Virus record (IMG/VR): IMGVR_UViG_3300045988_160163
Span: 9,666 to 41,665 of that record
Origin: a virus
Reading direction: 5' to 3' (one strand)
Length of the DNA: 32,000 nt
The stretch's first letter is position 1. Each line of letters opens with the position of its first letter. Both the position numbers and the translations under genes were made by a program. This document shows, piece after piece, positions 22,410 through 30,872 of the stretch. The notes beneath the pieces are model-generated. The model did not search any database. It saw only the letters and a list, made by a program, of their open reading frames with translations, and was not told the DNA's origin.

Positions 22410-22843
22410 TCTAGAAAGAGACTGAAAGAGTCAGATATATCAGCCAACATGTTAGTGAATTCCAATTCAGATTTAATATTAGATTTTTTTTGATCTAACA
22501 AATACGTATTAACTTCATCCATTTTATCATGTAGTTCTTTGTCAGGGATTAGCATTCGAGATTTTAAATAGGCAGCACGATATTCTTTTAATAAAGTGTT
22601 CCCATCTGATCTATTGTATCTAGCGGCTTTGTCTAAATAATCAGAGAAAACACTTAATAATTGATTGTAATGCTCTTGAGTAATTGGTGCACGAGCTTGG
22701 ATTATAGAAACAAGTTCCTTATTAGCAGCTATAATTTTCTCTACTTTAATCGACTTATGAAGGCCTACACAAGATGGAATTATCGCGACTATATAAGGCC
22801 ACGATTTAAAAGCAAAATTTAAAAAATCATTATCAAATTTCAT
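22388..22843 (-). CDS. Counter-oriented membrane-anchored hypothetical protein (accessory gene candidate)
   Basis: The start is probably the ATG at 22843 (MKFDNDF..), with an AGAGGT SD and a TGTATAAT -10 upstream on the - strand. N-terminal TM segment (WPYIVAIIPSCVGL) followed by a helical domain. Confidence 0.5.
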   Translation of the reverse strand: MKFDNDFLNFAFKSWPYIVAIIPSCVGLHKSIKVEKIIAANKELVSIIQARAPITQEHYNQLLSVFSDYLDKAARYNRSDGNTLLKEYRAAYLKSRMLIPDKELHDKMDEVNTYLLDQKKSNIKSELEFTNMLADISDSFSLFLDQIERNA

Positions 22844-22890
22844 ATAAATATACCTCTTTTCGAGGTAATTATACAAGACGGGAGAAATAA

Positions 22891-23154
22891 ATGAAAGAAG
22901 CTACTAATGCTAATACAGGTGATGTTATCCAGGTTCAAAATGCATCATATGAGGTTCTACAGGTAGTTCCTGATGCAGTTTATATGTTTGAAGAATATGG
23001 AATAACAGCTGCTCTTGTACAAAGAAAAAATGTTTCTTGTATGGGTGCAGCATATCGTTTTTATCAGGTGGATGGAAGGCTTTATGAGCTTGTGATTCTA
23101 CCTAAAAGTAATACAAGGAATAGAAAGAAAATAGAGACGATGTCTTTATTTTGA
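22891..23154 (+). CDS. Hypothetical protein
   Basis: 87 aa with a GGGAGA SD. No family recognised. Confidence 0.5.
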   Translation: MKEATNANTGDVIQVQNASYEVLQVVPDAVYMFEEYGITAALVQRKNVSCMGAAYRFYQVDGRLYELVILPKSNTRNRKKIETMSLF

Positions 23155-23163
23155 GGATAAGAA

Positions 23164-23967
23164 ATGAAACACAGTTTTGAAATTGCAATTGCCGACAAAT
23201 ACGGCATTGAAGTTGCTGTTGTATTTGATATGTTTTGTTTTTGGATCAACAAAAATGAAGCAAATAATTACAACTATCATGATGGAAAATATTGGACGTT
23301 TAATTCTGCAAAAGGATTTAAAAAATTATTTCCATACTGGAGTGAAAAAAAGATACAAAGAATACTTCAAAAAATGGTTGATGAAGATTTGATTATCAAA
23401 GGAAATTACAATGAAAATCCTTGGAATCAAACAAGCTGGTATGCATTTGGAAATATGGGTGAAAAGTTAAAAAATGCTTTATCTATCGATTGGTCAAATT
23501 TGTCCAATGCATTTACCGAATCTGTCCAATGTACAAAAGACAAATCTGTCCAATGTACAAAAGACAAATCTGTCCAATGTAAGACAGTTAATAAAACATT
23601 TATATACACAGTTAATAATAAAAGAAATATAAAAGAAAGTTCCGACGACACTGATTTATCAGCATCAGAAACAATCCCTTATGTTGAAATTATTGACTAC
23701 TTGAATTCTAAATGTTCAAAGAATTACAAACACAGTAATCGTATTGCTAGAGATAAGATTCATGCTAGATGGAATGAAGGATTCAGATTAGAAGACTTTA
23801 AGCTTGTGATTGATGTTAAAGCTTCTGAATGGGTAAACGATACAGAGATGAACAAGTATCTAAGACCTGACACGTTGTTTGGATCTAAGTTTGAAATTTA
23901 TCTGAACAGTGTAGCACCTAAACAAAAAACAAATAATTTTGTGATCACGAAAGGAATGAAGATGTAA
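23164..23967 (+). CDS. Phage replisome organizer (DnaD-like N-terminus, Phg_2220_C-type C-terminal domain)
   Basis: The C-terminus IIDYLNSKCSKNYKHSNRIARDKIHARWNEGFRLEDFKLVIDVKASEWVNDTEMNKYLRPDTLFGSKFEIYLN matches the conserved phage C-terminal domain (..YLRP.TLFg.kFe.YLn). An internal tandem SVQCTKDK repeat is present. Confidence 0.75.
   Translation: MKHSFEIAIADKYGIEVAVVFDMFCFWINKNEANNYNYHDGKYWTFNSAKGFKKLFPYWSEKKIQRILQKMVDEDLIIKGNYNENPWNQTSWYAFGNMGEKLKNALSIDWSNLSNAFTESVQCTKDKSVQCTKDKSVQCKTVNKTFIYTVNNKRNIKESSDDTDLSASETIPYVEIIDYLNSKCSKNYKHSNRIARDKIHARWNEGFRLEDFKLVIDVKASEWVNDTEMNKYLRPDTLFGSKFEIYLNSVAPKQKTNNFVITKGMKM
23501..23583 (+). repeat. Iteron-like direct repeats inside the replisome-organizer gene (candidate ori)
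   Basis: TGTCCAATG occurs at 23501, 23523, 23547 and 23571. The last three lie in exact 24-bp tandem units, TCTGTCCAATGTACAAAAGACAAA (23521-23544 and 23545-23568, with a partial unit from 23569). Confidence 0.6.
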
Positions 23968-24761
23968 TGCAGTCAGTTAGTGAAATAATCCAAAAACAAA
24001 ATGATGCAAACAATGAGAAATATCTTAAAAGCAAACATTGCCAAAGCAATTGTGATAAATGCATGGCGGCAGGTGCATGTGGTATTTGGGAAAAGCCAGC
24101 GTATTACGACGGGAAATACTTGGTAGCTGCAACAAAGGTATTTTGTTCAAAAAGAAATGACTGTGAGAAACTATCAAGCTATCGCAGTGAGTGGATTGAG
24201 AAAAACAAAAAGAACAGTGGGCTAGGTGATTTGTTGAATAAACGAATCAATAGCTTCAATGCATCAGATCCTTGGCAGGAAGCAATCAAAAAAATGGCAG
24301 TGAATTACATCCAGGATTGCAAAAACAATTTTGCAGAACATATGCCTTGCAATTGGTTGATGTTTTTAGGACAGAGTGGATGTGGGAAAACACATCTATG
24401 TTCTGGAATCAGTAATTGGTTGTTAGAACAAAATAAACGTGTTCTGTACGTCAGATACATTGAGTTGAGCAATTCTATTAGCAACTTTGATTATTCGCTT
24501 CTAGAACGTGCTAAACACGCTCAAATCTTGTATCTAGATGATTTGTTCAAATCTAGTGCAAATCGATTGGATGATAAAGCAATCTTTGATTTGATTGATT
24601 ATCGCTATAACAACAACATGCAGACGATCATATCATGCGAAAGAACTAGCCAGGAAATGATTGATATCAATGAAGCAGTTGTTGGAAGAATTGTTGAAAA
24701 GTGCAATGGTTTCTTCTTTGAAATTGAGAAAGAGCCTGGAAAGAATTATAGGTTGAACTGA
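23967..24761 (+). CDS. DnaC/IstB-like AAA+ ATPase (helicase loader) with Cys-rich N-terminus
   Basis: Walker A FLGQSGCGKTHL and Walker B ILYLDDLF. ATGA overlaps at both ends. Adjacent to the replisome organizer. Confidence 0.75.
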   Translation: MQSVSEIIQKQNDANNEKYLKSKHCQSNCDKCMAAGACGIWEKPAYYDGKYLVAATKVFCSKRNDCEKLSSYRSEWIEKNKKNSGLGDLLNKRINSFNASDPWQEAIKKMAVNYIQDCKNNFAEHMPCNWLMFLGQSGCGKTHLCSGISNWLLEQNKRVLYVRYIELSNSISNFDYSLLERAKHAQILYLDDLFKSSANRLDDKAIFDLIDYRYNNNMQTIISCERTSQEMIDINEAVVGRIVEKCNGFFFEIEKEPGKNYRLN

Positions 24762-25471
24762 TGGCAAAGAAAAAACATAAAGTTCTTAGAAGAGTAAGAA
24801 CGAAGGGTGTTGTTTATTTGATGCAAAATCCGGATGATCCATTAGATATCAAGGGTGAGGTAACAGATTTAGAAGTTATGGCAACCCTAAAAATTAAACA
24901 ATCTAGATTTGATCATTATGTTTCGGTGTTTGCACCGTTTTATAGAGGTTGTGTTTTGATTGAAAAAGAAACAAAAGACAAGAGATATCTAACAAATGAT
25001 CCGGTTTTGATTCTTACCACAGAAAGTGGCAGAAAATACTATGCATATCCAGATTGTACAGTAAGATACACAAAAAAAAGCGGTGGTATGAAAACACTGT
25101 CGAATTATAAGCATAAAACAAAATGGAAGGTAAAGATAAATAAAAAAGAAGTGAATGCAGCCAGGATATTCGCAAAAGCTTTTATAAAGAGAGATTTAAA
25201 TTCAGATGATTGCGTTCTTGTTTATGGAAATGAACTCAAGTTAGATGCGATTGATGTTGTTGATAGAAGCAAATGTGCAAGCATAACAGGTTCTTTAGCA
25301 AGTTCAAGATATGAAAGAAAAAAAATCGGACTATATAAACATGGTGTATTGGTTAGATCTTGGCCATCGAGCAGGAAAGCGGCTAAAGATTTATTTTGCA
25401 GCTATCAAACTGTTTTAGATACATGTCATGGAAAAGTGAAAAAGCCATCGTTTGATGTTCGATTTTTATAA
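24761..25471 (+). CDS. Degenerate homing-endonuclease-like DNA-binding protein (NUMOD-type), weak
   Basis: 236 aa. The middle resembles NUMOD4/HNH_3 scaffolds, but the catalytic H..N region reads VLVYGNE. The C-terminal SSRKAAKDLFCSYQTVLDTCHGKVKK resembles a NUMOD1/IENR1 HTH. Confidence 0.3.
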   Translation: MAKKKHKVLRRVRTKGVVYLMQNPDDPLDIKGEVTDLEVMATLKIKQSRFDHYVSVFAPFYRGCVLIEKETKDKRYLTNDPVLILTTESGRKYYAYPDCTVRYTKKSGGMKTLSNYKHKTKWKVKINKKEVNAARIFAKAFIKRDLNSDDCVLVYGNELKLDAIDVVDRSKCASITGSLASSRYERKKIGLYKHGVLVRSWPSSRKAAKDLFCSYQTVLDTCHGKVKKPSFDVRFL

Positions 25472-25478
25472 GGTAAAT

Positions 25479-25685
25479 ATGGCACGAAAAATATATGGAA
25501 TATACAAGGATGATCTTCCTGCTTGTATCGGAACAGAAGATGAATGTGCGGCATTTCTAGAAACAACGATCAATGGATTTAGATCAATGCTTTCTAAGCA
25601 GAAAAAAGGAATACAAAAGCGTTCAAGAGAAGGATTTATAATCGTAAAAATATGTGAAGAATTGGAATTGGAGGAAATAGAATGA
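25479..25685 (+). CDS. Hypothetical protein
   Basis: ATG 25479 follows AAGGT. 68 aa. Confidence 0.4.
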   Translation: MARKIYGIYKDDLPACIGTEDECAAFLETTINGFRSMLSKQKKGIQKRSREGFIIVKICEELELEEIE

Positions 25686-26113
25686 TGGAATCAAAAGTGA
25701 TTGAAAAATTCATGGAAGAAAATGGTTTAGAACCATATGATGCATTTGATGCGGATGGTGAGCTAAAAAAATACAATCCATGTTATTTTACTGAAGAATT
25801 AGAATTACGATCAATGTATCTTGATTTTAAAGGTGTTGATAGTCCACTTTGTGCAATTTGGTTACATAGACTATTAACCGGGAAAGATCATGTAAAGCAT
25901 AAAAGAACAAAAGAAAATAATTCGGAAGTTGTTGCTGAAGAAAAGAGAAATGTTGTTTGTAAGGTATCTGTTAAAGGATATGTTATGTCGGATGAAGAAT
26001 TAGATTATTTAAGAAAAGCGTGTCATTTAGCAAGCAATGTTGCGTTTGAAAACGACGAAAAAAACATTTATAGAAAATTAAATGAATATTTAATAACAGG
26101 TGAAAGATCCTAA
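25682..26113 (+). CDS. Hypothetical protein
   Basis: GGAGGA SD 6 nt upstream. 143 aa. ATGA overlap with the upstream gene. Confidence 0.5.
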   Translation: MMESKVIEKFMEENGLEPYDAFDADGELKKYNPCYFTEELELRSMYLDFKGVDSPLCAIWLHRLLTGKDHVKHKRTKENNSEVVAEEKRNVVCKVSVKGYVMSDEELDYLRKACHLASNVAFENDEKNIYRKLNEYLITGERS

Positions 26114-26167
26114 TGTTAGAAGGAGTAAGCACCAATTTGTTAGGCGTTAGATACGCAGAGGTATAGC

Positions 26168-26626
26168 ATGATAAAGAAATGCAAAGTGTGTGGCAAAGAG
26201 TTTGAAACTAAAAGCAACAGAGCGATTTATTGTAGTGATAAATGCAAACGTGCAGCTATTAGAGAAAAAGAAAAGCCTACGCTAATTAAAAGAGCAAAGG
26301 ATATGTCTAGAGATAAAAATAAAGTTTACTCATTGTATCAATGCAAATGTGCGATATGTGGATGGCAGATAAGCGAAAATTTGGTCATTCGCAAAGGGAA
26401 AGCATTGCCTTCATATGGTTGTGAAATACACCACATTGTACCTGTTTCAGAAGGTGGTAGTGGAGAACTAGATAATCTGATTATGTTGTGTCCTAATTGC
26501 CATAAAAAAGCAGATTACGGAGTTATTACACGTGAACAACTTAGAAAAGCTCAAAAAAAAGAATGTGATAATGAAGATTTTAGCAATAGACCTGAGTATA
26601 TGATTGCTAAATTACTAGAATTATAG
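26168..26626 (+). CDS. HNH endonuclease with N-terminal zinc-ribbon
   Basis: CEIHHIVPVSEGGSGELDNLIMLCPNCHKKAD is the HNH motif. N-terminal CKVCG..YCSDKCK. Confidence 0.85.
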   Translation: MIKKCKVCGKEFETKSNRAIYCSDKCKRAAIREKEKPTLIKRAKDMSRDKNKVYSLYQCKCAICGWQISENLVIRKGKALPSYGCEIHHIVPVSEGGSGELDNLIMLCPNCHKKADYGVITREQLRKAQKKECDNEDFSNRPEYMIAKLLEL

Positions 26627-26637
26627 AAGGAGCTAAG

Positions 26638-26946
26638 ATGGAAAAATATTTATTTAAATCGAATATATTCGCTCAATTAAAGGAAAGAAAAAAGCAAAGA
26701 GAAGATGCTATAAAAATAAATACTTTTATCAGATTAGATAAAAGCAGTGCTTCTGAAATTGATAAACAAATTGAGCAGACTTATTTATCTTTACAAAAGA
26801 ATATTAAATTTGTCTGTACGAATAAAGACTTGATGAACAGTATGCTAGATGAATTAGACTATATTGTTTACGCATCAAAGCTATACGGTGGAAAGCACGT
26901 TATGGAAGAATTAGATAATCGTTACAGAAATAAATTAATGAGTTAA
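26638..26946 (+). CDS. Hypothetical protein
   Basis: AAGGAG SD. 102 aa, helical. Confidence 0.5.
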   Translation: MEKYLFKSNIFAQLKERKKQREDAIKINTFIRLDKSSASEIDKQIEQTYLSLQKNIKFVCTNKDLMNSMLDELDYIVYASKLYGGKHVMEELDNRYRNKLMS

Positions 26947-26959
26947 AAGGAGAATGAAA

Positions 26960-27403
26960 ATGAACGATATTAAAATACCTTCAATTGAATTTGTTCGATT
27001 GAAAAAAGGAATGACAGATAGTGAATTAAATGATTACATAGCAGAAAATGATGATTATAGTTTTTTAGTTTATCTTAGATACAAATATGATTTTGAAGAA
27101 GAATGGACGTATTCGACGGAATGTGCAGCGTGGAATGCTTGCGAAGATTGTGTAAGTTGGTTAAATGATTGGTATGAAGGACAACAAAATGTCGAGTATT
27201 TGGCTATAAGCAGATTAGAAGAAGAAACTTGTACCAACGAATCAGAATATAATTTAGTAGATGGATTTGAATGTTCAAATTGTGGAATTATTATCGAAAA
27301 TTATAACGAAATCGAAATTGATGAAGATTATCCAGAAGATAGATGTATGAAAGAATACGCACCGAGATATTGTCCAAATTGTGGCAGAAAGATTGTAGAT
27401 TGA
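26960..27403 (+). CDS. Hypothetical protein with C-terminal zinc ribbon
   Basis: ATG 26960 lies 7 nt after GGAG (the ATG at 26954 is too close to the SD). CSNCG..(26 aa)..CPNCG. Confidence 0.5.
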   Translation: MNDIKIPSIEFVRLKKGMTDSELNDYIAENDDYSFLVYLRYKYDFEEEWTYSTECAAWNACEDCVSWLNDWYEGQQNVEYLAISRLEEETCTNESEYNLVDGFECSNCGIIIENYNEIEIDEDYPEDRCMKEYAPRYCPNCGRKIVD

Positions 27404-27414
27404 GGTGGATTTAA

Positions 27415-27909
27415 ATGACAAAAGAAAATTATCAAGATGCAATAATGAGAATGTACGACTTTTGTATATCATCAAACCATCCTGCGCAAATAAGAGAACA
27501 ATTTACTCAAGATTTGGATTTTTTAGCTAAATTAGCAGAGGAGCATTTTGAAGAAAAAGCAGAAACTAATTACGAACACTTCAAAGATGAAATTGTGCAA
27601 AATGTTAAATATAATTTAGCGGTAGTAAATGGCGAGCCTAAACCATGTGAAGATACAAATTGTGACGAATGCGATTTCAATTGTGACTGTTGTGGAGAAA
27701 AAAGATTTGAATGGTTGGCAAGTCCATACAAAAAGCCAACATACAAATTAACTCAATTTGAATATGATTTATTACAGCATTTCTCGGTTGATTTTAAGTT
27801 CAAGGAAATGGGTTTACTAAAAGAAATGAAAGAAAAAGGACATTTCAAGAATATTAATGGTGACGAATTGATTAAAGATATTCTAGAAAGTTGTGAGGTA
27901 ATCAAATAA
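27415..27909 (+). CDS. Hypothetical Cys-cluster protein
   Basis: GAGGTGG SD. 164 aa with CEDTNCDECDFNCDCCGEK. Confidence 0.5.
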   Translation: MTKENYQDAIMRMYDFCISSNHPAQIREQFTQDLDFLAKLAEEHFEEKAETNYEHFKDEIVQNVKYNLAVVNGEPKPCEDTNCDECDFNCDCCGEKRFEWLASPYKKPTYKLTQFEYDLLQHFSVDFKFKEMGLLKEMKEKGHFKNINGDELIKDILESCEVIK

Positions 27910-28139
27910 TGCAGAAAGCTATATTACTGAGTTTAGATGATACGTATGAAGAAGAATTGATTAGTAGTACTGGTAAACACAAAGAAGATTACATCGGTCA
28001 AGTTGGTAATATTGTTCATCAGCAAAACATTTGTGTACTAGTTGGCACGACTAGATATTTGTATGACATCGAATTTAATGATGGTGCTAGATTTTGCGTA
28101 GACAGAGAACAGATTGAATTTGTCGGAGAGAATGAGTGA
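27909..28139 (+). CDS. Hypothetical protein
   Basis: 76 aa, GAGGT SD, coupled to the upstream gene. Confidence 0.45.
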   Translation: MQKAILLSLDDTYEEELISSTGKHKEDYIGQVGNIVHQQNICVLVGTTRYLYDIEFNDGARFCVDREQIEFVGENE

Positions 28140-28339
28140 TGATTTATTTTATTGCAGGACTCTTTTTCGGTAGCATTGCAGCAATGATGTTGTATTCGGT
28201 TGTTGTATCTGGAAGAATCAACAATTTAGAAGATCAGAATGAAGTGTTAATGCACGAATTGGAACAAAAGAAAAAGGACTTGCGAGCATACAAATGTATG
28301 TATCGCAGTTCTTATGAAGGATTTGAGGAGACAAAATGA
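28136..28339 (+). CDS. Small membrane/coiled-coil protein
   Basis: GTG 28136 or ATG 28139. N-terminal TM segment (IYFIAGLFFGSIAAMMLYSVVV). Confidence 0.45.
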   Translation: MMIYFIAGLFFGSIAAMMLYSVVVSGRINNLEDQNEVLMHELEQKKKDLRAYKCMYRSSYEGFEETK

Positions 28340-28548
28340 AATTCATACCAAGAGAAGAATTAGTTTTTATTGTAGATCACTTAAGCGAAGAAGATATTTG
28401 CAAGGAAACCATAGAAAAGGTATTTAATGTCTATGGAGATGATTGGTTTGTAGAAGGATGCACATGGATTAAATATACAGAAAATGAAGAAAGAAAAAAA
28501 GAATTAGAAAGGTTAGGATATAAAGGTGTTAAAGAAATACAGGATTAA
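28336..28548 (+). CDS. Hypothetical protein
   Basis: 70 aa with a GAGGAG SD and an ATGA overlap. Confidence 0.45.
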   Translation: MKFIPREELVFIVDHLSEEDICKETIEKVFNVYGDDWFVEGCTWIKYTENEERKKELERLGYKGVKEIQD

Positions 28549-28680
28549 ATATATCAAAGACAATAATATTTGTGTGATGGAAGTTCAGGAGGAATCAAAA
28601 AGTATGGCAATGTACAAATTTTATATGAAATTTCCATCATGCAGCATTGAGGAAATTGAAGAGATTGCATAGGAGAGAAA

Positions 28681-29148
28681 ATGAGTAAAACGGATTATGA
28701 AGAATATGTAGATGTTCAGGTGGATACACTGATTAAAAAACTTGAAATGTTCAAGATCTATGAAAGAAAGTTTAAATCGTTGGATGGAATTTTAAAGGAT
28801 TTGGAGGTTCGCAAAAAAGAATTTTCAGATCCAAAATCTCCATCGTTTGAACAAAGGTTGGATTCAAAGAAAAATATGGATATTACAAATGATGTTCTTG
28901 TAAAGTTTATTTCAAAAGAAAAAGTGCTTGAAGACGACAAGAATCTAATCTTAGGAAAGATGAGAGAAGCTGAAACAATTATTGATCTTATTCCAAATGA
29001 TGATATTCGTTTATATATGAAACGTCATTATATCAACGGAGAATCATTTGAAAAGCTTTCAGGAGAAAAGTACTGTAGCAGAATGAAAATGTATTACGCA
29101 ATGAAGAAAGAGCTTAAAAAGCTCGTTATGGGAGATTTAAGCAAATGA
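28681..29148 (+). CDS. Phage late-gene transcriptional regulator (sigma-70 region-4-like; DUF1492/ArpU-type)
   Basis: The C-terminus IIDLIPNDDIRLYMKRHYINGESFEKLSGEKYCSRMKMYYAMKKELKKL fits the pattern i..l.d...r.il..rYi.g.s.e.i.......s.r.....h..Al.kl. Position is at the end of the early region. Confidence 0.5.
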   Translation: MSKTDYEEYVDVQVDTLIKKLEMFKIYERKFKSLDGILKDLEVRKKEFSDPKSPSFEQRLDSKKNMDITNDVLVKFISKEKVLEDDKNLILGKMREAETIIDLIPNDDIRLYMKRHYINGESFEKLSGEKYCSRMKMYYAMKKELKKLVMGDLSK

Positions 29149-29375
29149 TTGATATGCTAAAAAGAATAGGTGAATGGATTGGAGATTATATCTGTGAAAT
29201 AATATTATTTGGTACGCTTATTATTACAATTGTTTTAATTGTGTTGTGTGCAGTTGTTGTTTCTGATGACTCAAATGATACATCGTCTAATACATCATCA
29301 CATTGCAGCACTACGTTGATACCTGTATACAATGGAAGAATAACTACTTTAATTCCGATAACCAGGTGTTATTAA
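29145..29375 (+). CDS. Small membrane protein
   Basis: 76 aa with TM segment ICEIILFGTLIITIVLIVLCAVVV and a Ser/Thr-rich tail. Confidence 0.45.
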   Translation: MIDMLKRIGEWIGDYICEIILFGTLIITIVLIVLCAVVVSDDSNDTSSNTSSHCSTTLIPVYNGRITTLIPITRCY

Positions 29376-29412
29376 TTATATGGAGATTTGAATAAATAAG
29401 TGAGGACAAACA

Positions 29413-29700
29413 ATGCAGAAAGTAATCAGATCATACATTTTTGATGGGAAAAGTTTTGAAGAATTACAAAAAGCATTAGATGAAGGCTATGTTGTTGTTA
29501 TGGCAAATAAGGTTGGAAAATGTGATGATGCTATTGAATACATTCTTGAAAAGAAAAACAAAGAAGTCTCGATTGATGCTATTGTCAAAGGTTTAAGAGA
29601 GAACGCAAAAAGAGTTTTTGATAATGATGATCAATCTAAGTGGGTTAAGACAGGAATTTTACAAGCGGCAAAGATGATTGAAACAGGTGAAGTAAGATGA
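29413..29700 (+). CDS. Hypothetical protein
   Basis: 95 aa with a GTGAGGA SD. Confidence 0.5.
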   Translation: MQKVIRSYIFDGKSFEELQKALDEGYVVVMANKVGKCDDAIEYILEKKNKEVSIDAIVKGLRENAKRVFDNDDQSKWVKTGILQAAKMIETGEVR

Positions 29701-29767
29701 GATTAATTGCATAAATACGTGGTTGAAAATTTCATAAAGTTTTTATTTTAGAAAAGTGTTACAAAGT

Positions 29768-29787
29768 AGCCTATTCACTAGGCTTTT
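29768..29787 (+). terminator. Weak terminator-like hairpin
   Basis: AGCCTA (29768-29773) pairs with TAGGCT (29779-29784), followed by only TTT. Confidence 0.3.
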
Positions 29788-29846
29788 AAAAGGTTTGTAG
29801 TTAGTCTGATAATATATAGTTATCGGACATAGAAAAGAGGAATGAA

Positions 29847-30122
29847 ATGAATAAAATATACAAATTATTAATGGTTGGAATGATTGGCATTTCCTTGTTT
29901 GGATGTGCTTCTATGGATCGTTTTGGCACTGATGTTAAATCAGATTTGAATGGCGGATTGAATAGAATAATTAATGTGTATACAGCAGATGGAAAAATTA
30001 TAGCAAGCTATGAAGGTAGAATTGATATTGAAACAAATGATGGTGGATATGTAAAATTTGATTATGATGGAAAAAGATATGTTTATTATAATTGTTTTGT
30101 AGAAACGATTGCAGATAAATAG
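29847..30122 (+). CDS. Small secreted lipoprotein
   Basis: Signal peptide with lipobox MNKIYKLLMVGMIGISLFGC. 91 aa. AGAGGA SD. Has its own upstream intergenic region of 146 nt. Confidence 0.65.
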   Translation: MNKIYKLLMVGMIGISLFGCASMDRFGTDVKSDLNGGLNRIINVYTADGKIIASYEGRIDIETNDGGYVKFDYDGKRYVYYNCFVETIADK

Positions 30123-30132
30123 GAGTGATAAT

Positions 30133-30705
30133 GTGGAAGATTTCATAAAAGAAGTTTTACTAGCGTTTGTTGCAGCAGGTGGATGTGGATATTTAAATTA
30201 TTACGTTTTAACATGCACAAATGTGATTGAAGAACAAGACCGAGCAGATAAAGAAAGATTGTATTTGATGATCTTATCCTTGTTTAATATTCTTGTTTGC
30301 TTCTTCTTTAGTGATTATTTGAAATGGAATATTTATAAAAGTGTTTTGATTACATTTTTATTAACATTAATAAGTTCGTTTACTGTACATGCTCATGTTA
30401 TTAAGCTTTTTAGAACATTAGTTAATTTGATTAGAAAAGGCAAAGGATTGTCTGAAATGACTTTTGGAACTATTCAGGAAGATGTTTTTGAAAGTGATAA
30501 CATGACAATTGGATATTTCTATACTAGAGAAGGAAGTTTTATTGCGTGTGGATATATTGAAATGCATTCAGAAAGAACTGGTGAATTTACTATAGCACCA
30601 AGAAAAAGTGTATCTGAGAAAAGTTTTTCAGAAGCTTGTGCATTGCCAGGAGCAAAAGTTTTTATTAATGATGAAATGAAAATAGTCACCATCGAACAAC
30701 GATAG
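30133..30705 (+). CDS. Polytopic membrane protein with C-terminal soluble domain
   Basis: GTG 30133 lies 7 nt after AGGAG (the ATG at 30109 is also in frame). About 3 TM segments, then a ~90-aa soluble domain. No family recognised. Confidence 0.5.
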   Translation: MEDFIKEVLLAFVAAGGCGYLNYYVLTCTNVIEEQDRADKERLYLMILSLFNILVCFFFSDYLKWNIYKSVLITFLLTLISSFTVHAHVIKLFRTLVNLIRKGKGLSEMTFGTIQEDVFESDNMTIGYFYTREGSFIACGYIEMHSERTGEFTIAPRKSVSEKSFSEACALPGAKVFINDEMKIVTIEQR

Positions 30706-30717
30706 TGACTATGGAGG

Positions 30718-30807
30718 TTATTTTCCGCCTTCTGATGGTATTTCTTTCTTGACTGTGCCTTTAGTTCTAGATTGAACACCATCATTACTTTTTTCATTTT
30801 CTGTCAT
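30718..30807 (-). CDS. Possible 29-aa basic peptide, convergent
   Basis: Below the ORF-track cutoff. On the - strand: GGAGGA, 7 nt, then ATG. Product MTENEKSNDGVQSRTKGTVKKEIPSEGGK. A hairpin at 30682-30712 separates it from the + gene. Confidence 0.3.
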   Translation of the reverse strand: MTENEKSNDGVQSRTKGTVKKEIPSEGGK

Positions 30808-30872
30808 TTTGTTATCCTCCACGATAATTATACAGAAATAAGTTTATTAGAAAAGTTTAAGGAGTAAAGAAA

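Noticed and set aside
23521-23583. The 24-bp tandem repeats as a mini CRISPR array or other non-coding repeat.
   Set aside because: The units are directly adjacent with no spacers. They are in frame within a conserved replication gene, so iterons are the simpler explanation.
30519-30797. 92-aa - strand ORF overlapping the membrane-protein gene.
   Set aside because: Most of it is antisense to the SD-led + gene 30133-30705. The only part with translation signals on the - strand is a different frame, the 29-aa ORF at 30718-30807.
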